The notes under the pieces were generated by a model, which searched no databases, had not been told where the DNA came from, and was given only the letters and a program-made list of their open reading frames with translations. Source: Treponemataceae bacterium (GTDB taxonomy: Bacteria; Spirochaetota; Spirochaetia; Treponematales; Rectinemataceae). Taken from it: a stretch of 64,000 nucleotides of DNA. Below, piece by piece: positions 56,340-64,000 of this stretch. The position numbers and the translations under genes were made by a program. The stretch covers positions 2,144,001 to 2,208,000 of the forward strand of contig CAXXHO010000003.1 of assembly GCA_963667725.2 (NCBI GenBank), given 5' to 3'. The stretch's first letter is position 1; each line of letters begins with the position of its first letter.

Positions 56340-56552
56340 GGGTGGAGAGTATACAGCGGAGGCTGGGGGAAGGCGAGCCACTTCATGGGGCTGGTTTCTG
56401 CATAAATATTCTTATTGACAGAGCTTTTCCATTGGCGATATTGTCAGTGCAATAAAAATATTTGGACTGCTCTAAACCAGGATCGCGGAGAATCCTCTCC
56501 GAAACCGGTTTACCATTCATATTCTGCATTTATATGCAGCAGGAGGTGTCGA

Positions 56553-58085
56553 ATGCTTCGTCGCGGCGGTACAAGTTTTCGTCTAGTCATCATGGCGGCT
56601 ATCGTGGCAATGCTCTTCGGATCCACTGCCAGCCTCTTCGCGCAGGCAGGGAGCGAGAAGGATCCCCTCGTCGTCATACAGTCCGCTGAGCCCACGGGGC
56701 TGGATCCCGTGACGAACCGGACCGTTCCCGCGTACAACGTGACCCTCAACATCTTCGATTCGCTTCTTCTGAAAACCCCCGACGGACAGGTAGTGCCGGC
56801 CCTCGCCGAGAGCTATGTCCGCGAAAGCGACACCTCATGGCTATTCAAACTCAGGCCAGGCGTCGTATTCCACAACGGCGAAGCCCTGACCGCCGACGCG
56901 GTCAAATACACGGTCGACAAGATCTTCGACCCCGCGAGCAAATCCACCAGGGCCAACGACCTCAACTGGATCGGCCAGGTGAACGTCATCGACAAGCTCA
57001 CGGTGCGCATCATCGGCAAGCGCCCCTTCCCCCTCGCCGACCACTACTTCTCCGAACTCCAGATCGTGCCTCCCCTCTACAGGGAAAAAGTCGGAGCCCA
57101 GAAGTTCAACGAAGAACCCGTCGGCACCGGTCCCTATCAGTTCGTCCGCTGGGACAGGGGCAACAGGATCGTGCTCAGGCGGAACGACAATTACTGGAAG
57201 ACCCCGGCTCCGGCTCAGTTCGTCGAGTTCCAGACCGTGAGCTCGGCGGCCTCCAGAGTCGCCACTCTCCTGGGCGGCAAGGCCGACCTCATCGTCGATC
57301 CTCCCGTCTCCGCGAAGAGCCAGATCGACGCCAATCCCAAGGCCAGCTTCGCCTCCGTTACCGGAACCCGCGTTCTCCTCATCGGCCTGGACACCGTCCA
57401 GGACTCACCGCTCAAGGACGTACGCGTCAGGCAGGCCCTCAACTACGCGGTGGACAAGAAGACGATCATCAGCAGGCTCATTGGCCCCGCAAGCGAGGAA
57501 ACCGCGACCCTGCTCACCTCCCGCGACTTCGGCTTCTCCCCTGACGTGAAGCCCTATCCCTACGATCCCAAGAAAGCCCGCCAGCTCCTCGCCGACGCCG
57601 GTTACCCGAACGGGTTCAGCATCAAGATGGACGCCACGAGCGGACGCTACATCAACGACAGCGCCGTGGTGCAGGCCATAGCGGGCTACCTCGGCGAAGT
57701 CGGGGTCAAGGCAGAGATCAACACCATGGAATTCGGGGCCTTCAACGGAGCCCTCTTCTCCCACAAGACATCGCCGATGTATTTCGTCGGCTGGGGCAAC
57801 CCGGTATTCGACGCCTCCTATGTCTTCAACTTCATCACCAAGTCAGGCAGCCTCTTAAGGACCATCGAGGATCCCGCCATCGACAAGCTGTTGACCGGAG
57901 CGAACGAGACGGTGGACAAGGCCCTGCGCAAGAGCCTGTACGCCAAGGCGGGAGCCCTGATCTACGAAGCCGCCCCGGCGATCTTCCTCTACAAGCAGCC
58001 CGTGCTCTATGGACTATCGAGCCGCATGGACTGGAAGCCGCGATCGGACGAATTCCTCTATATATACGATGCCAAACTTCGCTGA
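56553..58085 (+). CDS. ABC substrate-binding protein, family 5 (DppA/OppA-like)
   Basis: P.GLDP, P.LAES, F.LRPGV.FHNG..LTA..VK, GTGPY, VRQALNYAVD; AGGAGG SD. Confidence 0.92.
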   Translation: MLRRGGTSFRLVIMAAIVAMLFGSTASLFAQAGSEKDPLVVIQSAEPTGLDPVTNRTVPAYNVTLNIFDSLLLKTPDGQVVPALAESYVRESDTSWLFKLRPGVVFHNGEALTADAVKYTVDKIFDPASKSTRANDLNWIGQVNVIDKLTVRIIGKRPFPLADHYFSELQIVPPLYREKVGAQKFNEEPVGTGPYQFVRWDRGNRIVLRRNDNYWKTPAPAQFVEFQTVSSAASRVATLLGGKADLIVDPPVSAKSQIDANPKASFASVTGTRVLLIGLDTVQDSPLKDVRVRQALNYAVDKKTIISRLIGPASEETATLLTSRDFGFSPDVKPYPYDPKKARQLLADAGYPNGFSIKMDATSGRYINDSAVVQAIAGYLGEVGVKAEINTMEFGAFNGALFSHKTSPMYFVGWGNPVFDASYVFNFITKSGSLLRTIEDPAIDKLLTGANETVDKALRKSLYAKAGALIYEAAPAIFLYKQPVLYGLSSRMDWKPRSDEFLYIYDAKLR

Positions 58086-58125
58086 GTGCGCCGGGTGCGG
58101 CGGGAACGCTGGAGCCGGTTCAGCG

Positions 58126-59943
58126 ATGTACAAGGGTTTTTTCCCCGATGACGGCGAGCGCTTCGCGACGGGTCGGGCGGCTCTAGGAATAGAGCCGCCC
58201 GACCTGATCCTCCGAGGAGGCAGGTATCTCAATGTCTTCACGGGGGAAACGCTCGCCGGCGATATATGGATCAAGGGACGCCTCATCGCCAGGATCACCG
58301 AGGAGCCCTGCCTTTTCGAAACGAGGGTGATCGATGTCGGCGGCAAGTTCCTCGCGCCAGGTTTCGTCGAAGGTCACATCCATGTCGAAAGTTCCCTTGC
58401 CGATCCTCCGCATTTCGCCGAGGCGGCGCTCCGATGCGGGGTCACCTCGGTCTTCACCGACTTCCACGAGGTCGGCGCGATAGCGGGTGAGCCGGGCCTG
58501 AGGGAAATGCTCGAGACCCTGCGCGGCACCGACCTGAAAGTCCTCTTCATGACCCCGATGGAGCTTCCCTTCCTTCCCGAGGTCCAGCACACCTTGAGCA
58601 CCCTCACCCAGGTCGAAGCCCTCACGCTGCTGCGGGAGGCCGATACGGTGGGGCTCGCGGAAGTCAACGGCCAGGAGATCGTGAAGTTTCTCGCGGAGGG
58701 AAGGCCCAGCGATTTGTCCCTTCTCACCCACGCGGTGAAGAACAGGCGGACGCCGGAAGGTCATCTTTTCCATATTCGCGGCGCCGAGCTCGACGCCTGC
58801 CTCGCGGCGGGCCTGAGCTCTGATCACGAGCCGCGCAGGCAGGACGAGGTGGCCGAAAAGATCCGGAAAGGGGTCTTCGTCATGCTCCGGAACGGCACGA
58901 TAGCCCGCGAGGTGGAGAGCCTCGTCGAGGTCCTGCCGCGCGAAGGCCTGCCCACCGCCCGGGTGGGGCTCGTGACCGACGACATGCTGATCACCCACAT
59001 GAAGCCTGAAAGCTACATGCTGAAGAAGGTGCGGCTCGCGATCAAGGCAGGAATATCAGTGCCGGACGCGCTGCGCATGGTCTCAAGCAACGTGGCGGAA
59101 CACTACCGGCTAGGAGAGCTCATCGGCGCCCTGCGCCCCGGCGCCTACGCCGACATCCTCGTCTTCGATTCCCCGGAATCCCTGAAGCTCGAAGGCACCT
59201 TCGCCTCGGGCAAGCCTATTGACGGCTACGAGAGCCCAAGCCCCCGGCCGGAAGCCCAAGCTTCCAGGCACGCTTACTCCCCGCGGCTGACGCGTACCAT
59301 CCTCCGTTCCCCGATCACCGAGGCCGATCTCCGTTTCCTGCCTGAAGCCTACGGCGGCGATACTACCCTCATCAGGGCGATAGAACTGGAAGAGGCCACC
59401 CGCTTTACCCGCCTCGTCGAGACGAGGGTGCCGGTGCGCGGGGGCGACGTCGATCTTCCCGGTTCGGACGAAAACCTTTCCTATCTCATCTGCGCCAACA
59501 GGCGGCATGAGGAACTCCTCGGAAAGGGTTTCCTGCGCAACTACGGACTGCGCGAAGGCGGAATAGCCGTCAGCCAGGCCCACGATCACCACAGCATCAT
59601 CGCCCTCGGCAGACGGAAGGCCGACATTATCCTGGCGGCCAATCGCGTGATCGAGCTGCAGGGAGGCCTCGTCCTCGTGGAGAAAGGCCGGGTGATCGCC
59701 GAGCTTCCGCTCCCCGTGGCGGGGCTCATGTCAGACCTACCCCTCGAAGAAACCGTGGCCCGGATCGAGGACCTGGAACAAAGGCTGCGCTCAGGCGGAG
59801 CCACCTGGAACCAGCCGCTCTTCTTCCTTTTCTGGCTGGGAATGGAGGTCGCGCCCTTTTTCCGCATCACGGACCGCGGGCTTTTCGACACCGAGAAAGG
59901 CAGGCTGATATCCTGCTTCCCCGAGGCGGTCGACCGTGTTTAG
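58126..59943 (+). CDS. ade: Adenine deaminase-family amidohydrolase (divergent)
   Basis: PGFVEGHIHVESS, D.HE, GLAEV, DHE, TDD, AHDHH, LPLPVAGLMS. Confidence 0.82.
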   Translation: MYKGFFPDDGERFATGRAALGIEPPDLILRGGRYLNVFTGETLAGDIWIKGRLIARITEEPCLFETRVIDVGGKFLAPGFVEGHIHVESSLADPPHFAEAALRCGVTSVFTDFHEVGAIAGEPGLREMLETLRGTDLKVLFMTPMELPFLPEVQHTLSTLTQVEALTLLREADTVGLAEVNGQEIVKFLAEGRPSDLSLLTHAVKNRRTPEGHLFHIRGAELDACLAAGLSSDHEPRRQDEVAEKIRKGVFVMLRNGTIAREVESLVEVLPREGLPTARVGLVTDDMLITHMKPESYMLKKVRLAIKAGISVPDALRMVSSNVAEHYRLGELIGALRPGAYADILVFDSPESLKLEGTFASGKPIDGYESPSPRPEAQASRHAYSPRLTRTILRSPITEADLRFLPEAYGGDTTLIRAIELEEATRFTRLVETRVPVRGGDVDLPGSDENLSYLICANRRHEELLGKGFLRNYGLREGGIAVSQAHDHHSIIALGRRKADIILAANRVIELQGGLVLVEKGRVIAELPLPVAGLMSDLPLEETVARIEDLEQRLRSGGATWNQPLFFLFWLGMEVAPFFRITDRGLFDTEKGRLISCFPEAVDRV

Positions 59944-60856
59944 ATTCGTACTGCGCCGGGTCATGGAGAGCGTCATCACCATCCTCGTCATCGTGTCGGT
60001 GGTATTCCTCGTTTTGAACCTCTCGGGCGATCCTATCAGGATGATGGCTTCGCCGACGGCATCAGAAGCAGAAGTGGCCGAGCTGCGGGCGGCCTTCGGT
60101 TTCGACAAGCCGCTTGTCCTGCGATACGGGGATTTTCTCTCGCAAGTATCGCGCCTGAGGTTCGGCGACTCGATCAACACCAGGCAGCCGGCCTTGAAGA
60201 TGGTGCTGCAGCGGCTGCCGGCGACCCTCCTCCTCGCCTTCACCGCCCTAGCGCTTGCCACGGTCTTCGGCATCCCCTTGGGCATGCTGGCCGCCGTGAA
60301 GCGCGGAAAGGCCGCGGATACGGCAGCCGTGCTGGTGAGCATGGTGGGACAATCGATGCCCGTGTTCTGGATAGCCCTCCTCCTCATCTTCGTCTTCGGC
60401 GTGATGATCCCAATTTTACCGCCATCCGGCTACGGCACCCTCGCCCATCTCGTCCTCCCCAGCATATCCATCGCCATCTTCCTCCTGGCGGGCATCGTCA
60501 GGGTGACGAGGGCGAGCATGCTGGAAGTCCTCCAGCAGCCCTTCGTGACGGTGGTCAGGTCGAAAGGGCTCAACGAGCGCCTCGTGCTGTTCAAGCATGT
60601 CCTCAGGAACGCCTCCATCCCAGTGCTGACCCAGCTGACCCTGCAGATGCGCTTCGTCATCGGCGGATCGGTCGTCGTGGAATCCGTCTTCGGCTGGCCC
60701 GGCGTCGGGCAGCTGCTGGCCCAGGCCGCCTACGGGCGCGACTATCCCGTCGTCATCGCCGCCACCTTCTTTATCGCTCTCTTCATCCTGGCCTTCAGCA
60801 TGGTTCTCGACCTGGCCTATGGCATCGTCGATCCGCGGGTACGAATATGGAAATAA
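59936..60856 (+). CDS. Dpp/Opp-type ABC permease (DppB-like)
   Basis: GFDKPL..RY, RLPATL.L, SMPVFW, LVLP, RSKGL, GWPGVG, RDYPV, DPRV. Confidence 0.92.
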   Translation: MFRFVLRRVMESVITILVIVSVVFLVLNLSGDPIRMMASPTASEAEVAELRAAFGFDKPLVLRYGDFLSQVSRLRFGDSINTRQPALKMVLQRLPATLLLAFTALALATVFGIPLGMLAAVKRGKAADTAAVLVSMVGQSMPVFWIALLLIFVFGVMIPILPPSGYGTLAHLVLPSISIAIFLLAGIVRVTRASMLEVLQQPFVTVVRSKGLNERLVLFKHVLRNASIPVLTQLTLQMRFVIGGSVVVESVFGWPGVGQLLAQAAYGRDYPVVIAATFFIALFILAFSMVLDLAYGIVDPRVRIWK

Positions 60857-61767
60857 TGGAAGTTCAGGCGGAAGTTCGGGCGGAAGCCCCTCCCCTGAGG
60901 CGGCGGTACTTCGCGACCCTCCTGCGGCACCCCCTCGCGCTCGCCGCCCACGTGGTGCTGGCCCTGGCCGTCATCGCGGCGGTTTTCGCCTCGGTCTACC
61001 CCGTAGATCCTCTCAAGCAGAACCTTATGAGTTCCCTCATGCCGCCGAGCCTGAAGGTCGACAGTTTCCCCGGAAGCCAGGCCACTATGCCCGCCCTCAT
61101 GGGGACCGACGCCCTGGGACGGGACCTTGCCTCCCGCGTCATACTGGCCATCCGCATCTCGCTCGCGGTATCCGGCCTGGCCGTCGTCATCGCCACGGTG
61201 GTGGGCGTCTGCCTGGGCCTTGTCGCGGGATATTCAGGCGGCCTGGTGGACAGCGTCATCATGCGGATAGTAGACGCCCTCCTCTCCCTGCCCTTCGTCG
61301 TGCTGGCGATAGCGGTGGTGGCGGCCATAGGTCCAGGCCTCACCAACGTGGCCCTCGTGCTCGGCCTCACCGGCTGGGTGACCTTCGCCAAGCTGGTGCG
61401 GGGCGAGGTGCTCAGGATCAAGGAATACAGTTTCGTAGAGGCCGCGCATGCCACAGGCTGCAGCGGAACGCGGATACTTTTCCGCCATATACTCCCCCAG
61501 ACCAGCGGGATCATTCTCGTCAACGCGACCCTCACCCTGGGGCAGATGATCATCTCCGAGGCGACGCTCAGTTTTCTCGGGCTTGGCGTTCCGCCGCCCA
61601 CGCCCACCCTCGGCGGGATTCTGAGCGACGCTCAGCAGACCTTTTTCGCCGCCTGGTGGATCGTGGTCTTCCCCGGTCTCGCCCTCATGGCGATCATCCT
61701 GGCGATCAACATCGCGGGGGATTTCCTGCGCGACTTTTACGACCCGAGCGGCGAGGGCGCGCGATGA
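60856..61767 (+). CDS. Dpp/Opp-type ABC permease (DppC-like)
   Basis: GTDALGRD, FVEAA.A.G, RHILP, EATLSFLGLG, WWI..FPG, GD.LRD. Confidence 0.92.
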   Translation: MEVQAEVRAEAPPLRRRYFATLLRHPLALAAHVVLALAVIAAVFASVYPVDPLKQNLMSSLMPPSLKVDSFPGSQATMPALMGTDALGRDLASRVILAIRISLAVSGLAVVIATVVGVCLGLVAGYSGGLVDSVIMRIVDALLSLPFVVLAIAVVAAIGPGLTNVALVLGLTGWVTFAKLVRGEVLRIKEYSFVEAAHATGCSGTRILFRHILPQTSGIILVNATLTLGQMIISEATLSFLGLGVPPPTPTLGGILSDAQQTFFAAWWIVVFPGLALMAIILAINIAGDFLRDFYDPSGEGAR

Positions 61768-62810
61768 GCGGAAAAGTGAGCGATGCGGTGAGCAATGCGG
61801 TGAGCGGCAACGTGGGTGGCGCGGCGCGCGGCGCGTCGCCGAAGCCCCTTCTCGAAGTACGGAACCTGCGAACCGTCATAGACACGGCTAGAGGCACGTT
61901 CCCCGCCGTGGACGACGTGAGCTTCGTCCTCGAGAGCGGGGCCGTACTCGGCATCGTGGGCGAGTCCGGTTCGGGCAAGTCCATGCTCGCGCTGAGCCTT
62001 CTGGGGCTTCTCCCCGGGAAGGCGCGGATCGAGGCTGGGGAAGCGCTCCTGGGCGGCATGGACCTGTGCGCTCTTTCCGAACGCGAGCTGCGCGGCGTGC
62101 GCGGACGCCGGATTGGCATGATATTCCAGGAGCCCCTGACATCCTTCGATCCCCTCTACACGATCGGGGATCAGATCGCGGAGAGCGTCCGCCAGCACTC
62201 GGGGCTCGGCCCCAGGCAGGCCAGGGCGCGGGCGGTGGAACTGCTTGCCACGGTGGGCATCCCCCGGCCCGATCTGGCCTGCGACGAATATCCCTTCCAG
62301 TTCTCGGGCGGAATGCGGCAGCGGGCGATGATCGCCATGGCCCTGGCTCCGGATCCCGAACTTCTGATTGCCGACGAGCCGACCACGGCCCTCGACGTCA
62401 CCATCCAGGCCCAGATATTGGAGCTGCTCAAGCAGCTCCAGCGCGAACGGGGTATAGCAGTGCTGTTCATCTCCCACAACCTCGGCGTCATCGCCGAGAT
62501 CGCCGACGAAGTGATGGTGATGTACGGCGGACAGGTGATGGAGCGCACGGAAGTGGAGCGGCTCTTCGACGCGCCCGCCCACCCCTACACACAGGCCCTT
62601 CTCGAGGCGCGGCCCGCGCTCGACAGGGAGCGCTCGAGGCTGCGTGCCATTCCGGGCCAGGTGCCTTCGCTGGAATCCCGCCCCGCGGGCTGTCCCTTCC
62701 ACCCCCGATGCGGCCGCGCCCTGGACATCTGTACGCGCGCCCGGCCGGCCAGATCCTTCCTCGGGCCAGGCCAGGAAGTCGCCTGTTGGCTCCATGGAGA
62801 GAAATCATGA
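61764..62810 (+). CDS. Dpp/Opp-type ABC ATPase (DppD-like)
   Basis: GESGSGKS, FSGGMRQR, ADEPTTALD, HPYT..L, C-terminal Cys motif. Confidence 0.92.
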   Translation: MSGKVSDAVSNAVSGNVGGAARGASPKPLLEVRNLRTVIDTARGTFPAVDDVSFVLESGAVLGIVGESGSGKSMLALSLLGLLPGKARIEAGEALLGGMDLCALSERELRGVRGRRIGMIFQEPLTSFDPLYTIGDQIAESVRQHSGLGPRQARARAVELLATVGIPRPDLACDEYPFQFSGGMRQRAMIAMALAPDPELLIADEPTTALDVTIQAQILELLKQLQRERGIAVLFISHNLGVIAEIADEVMVMYGGQVMERTEVERLFDAPAHPYTQALLEARPALDRERSRLRAIPGQVPSLESRPAGCPFHPRCGRALDICTRARPARSFLGPGQEVACWLHGEKS

Positions 62811-63820
62811 GCGCGCCACTCGTCGAGATAGAGAATCTTCGTACATACTTCCATGGCCGCCGCCAGCTTTTCGGCGAGAAAAGGCCTGATGTCCGCGCCG
62901 TGGACGGCGTCAGTTTCTCGATAGCCTCAGGCGAAAGCTACGCCCTCGTAGGGGAGTCGGGCTGCGGCAAGTCCACGACGGGACGCTCCATCCTCCGCCT
63001 CGTCGAGCCCACGGGCGGGACGATACGTTTCGGCGGCCGCGACGTGAGGGCCGCTTCCAGCGTCGAGATGAGGTCCATGAGGCGCGAGATGCAGATGATC
63101 TTCCAGGACCCCTACAGTTCCCTCAATCCGCGCATGCGCGTTCAGGACATCGTCGCCGAGCCCCTCATCGTGCACCGCCTCGCTTCCGGGGCAGAGGCCG
63201 CGGCCCAGGCGCGGAAGATCCTCGACCGCTGCGGGATCCCCGAAGGCTCGGCGCGCCGCTTCCCCAGCGAGTTCTCGGGCGGCCAGCGACAAAGGGTCGT
63301 CATCGCGAGGGCTCTCGTGACGAAACCCCGCTTTATCGTGGCCGACGAACCCGTGAGCGCCCTGGACGTGAGCATCCAGGCCCAGATCCTAAACCTCCTC
63401 CAGGACCTGCAGGCCGAGTATTCCCTCACCTATCTCTTCATTTCGCACGATCTCGCGGTGGTGCGCACCGTGACCGACAGGATCGCGGTGATGTATCTCG
63501 GCAAGCTCGTCGAGGAAACCGACACGGCGCGATTCTTCGAGGGTCCCCTGCATCCCTACTCGCAGGCCCTGCTTTCGTCCGTTCCGCGGGACCATCCCAA
63601 GCGGGAGACATCCAGGATAATCCTTTCCGGAAGCCTGCCCTCGGCGTCGAATCCGCCGAATGGATGCAGGTTCCACACGCGCTGCCCCGTGGTCGGGGTA
63701 AACTGCCAGGCCGATGAGCCAGGGCTGGTTGAAGTGGCGCCGGGCCACCGCGTGGCCTGCCATCGCGCGGCGAAAGCGCGGGACTTTGACCGGCATGGTC
63801 TGATCGCGGACAGGCAATGA
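62807..63820 (+). CDS. Dpp/Opp-type ABC ATPase (DppF-like)
   Basis: GESGCGKST, FQDPYSSLNPR, FSGGQRQR, DEPVSALD, GCRFHTRCP. Confidence 0.92.
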   Translation: MSAPLVEIENLRTYFHGRRQLFGEKRPDVRAVDGVSFSIASGESYALVGESGCGKSTTGRSILRLVEPTGGTIRFGGRDVRAASSVEMRSMRREMQMIFQDPYSSLNPRMRVQDIVAEPLIVHRLASGAEAAAQARKILDRCGIPEGSARRFPSEFSGGQRQRVVIARALVTKPRFIVADEPVSALDVSIQAQILNLLQDLQAEYSLTYLFISHDLAVVRTVTDRIAVMYLGKLVEETDTARFFEGPLHPYSQALLSSVPRDHPKRETSRIILSGSLPSASNPPNGCRFHTRCPVVGVNCQADEPGLVEVAPGHRVACHRAAKARDFDRHGLIADRQ

Positions 63821-63842
63821 AGGGCTGAATCGGAGGCATACA

Positions 63843-64000
63843 ATGACTTCCATGAATCATCTGAGAGGCAAGACGATCCTGGCGAACGGCTTCCACATGC
63901 CGCGCCGCGAGGCCGTCGACGCGTTCACCGGCGCGCTCATCGCGGTCGACAGGGAGGGCGTGATCGAATCCCTCCTCAGGCCAGGCGATCCCGGCTACGA
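63843..64000 (+). CDS. Probable guanine deaminase, N-terminal fragment (runs off the window)
   Basis: GGAGG SD. MTSMNHLRGKTILANGFHMP...DAFTGALIAVDREGVIESLLRPGDPGY resembles the N-terminal beta domain of GuaD-type amidohydrolases; only about 52 codons are visible. Confidence 0.5.
   Translation, partial: MTSMNHLRGKTILANGFHMPRREAVDAFTGALIAVDREGVIESLLRPGDPGY

Noticed and set aside
56445..56552. Purine riboswitch in the leader of the dpp/ade operon
   Set aside because: Only a short hairpin (CGGAGA-ATCC-TCTCCG); the conserved purine-aptamer core was not recognisable. An Rfam cmscan would settle it.
36849..63820. Apparent long fusion ORFs 36849..38924, 44902..46719, 60819..62810 and 62066..63820
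   Set aside because: Their N-terminal parts are off-frame overlaps with upstream genes; true starts are 37866, 45718, 61764 and 62807 (ATGA overlaps).
1..64000. tRNA, rRNA, transposase, integrase or prophage genes
   Set aside because: None recognised by eye or in the ORF track; small RNAs could have been missed without covariance searches.

Overview
A GC-rich bacterial chromosomal segment, most likely from an anaerobic free-living spirochaete (Treponematales/Rectinema-like). That assignment is inferred from gene content, the Asp-type MurA and the style of the attC site, not from a marker gene. 1-24 kb: housekeeping and signalling genes (pepP fragment, DUF1836/GDSL pair, pyrC, REC-PP2C phosphatase, murA, a STAS-YbjN-pspA-regulator operon, SDR, TrmJ-like methylase, a sigma54 activator, rsmE, ctpA, lgt, nadE, GDPD, msrB, a diguanylate cyclase, an Rsm22-like methylase, mobB). 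24-29 kb: a multimeric NADH-linked [FeFe]-hydrogenase operon with an embedded HATPase gene. 29-47.5 kb: TPR protein, Ser/Thr kinase, a two-component system, an L-rhamnose uptake/catabolism operon, a BMP-type ABC transporter and a C-N hydrolase. 47.5-53.3 kb: accessory region. 53.3-64 kb: a secreted peptidase and a purine-catabolism cluster built around a Dpp/Opp-type ABC transporter. Most notable: (i) a complete low-GC integron cassette (GNAT + 56-bp attC) with no integrase nearby, joined at its crossover point to a frameshifted Lrp/AsnC remnant; (ii) a hipB-like gene with two HipB-type operators, coupled to a YgjP/M48 metallo-hydrolase instead of hipA; (iii) an 11-bp-phased DnaA-box array behind murA; (iv) about ten genes whose start codon lies 6-8 nt after a -10 box, implying widespread leaderless translation; (v) a peptide-family ABC transporter apparently used for purines. 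No rRNA, tRNA, CRISPR array or transposase was recognised.
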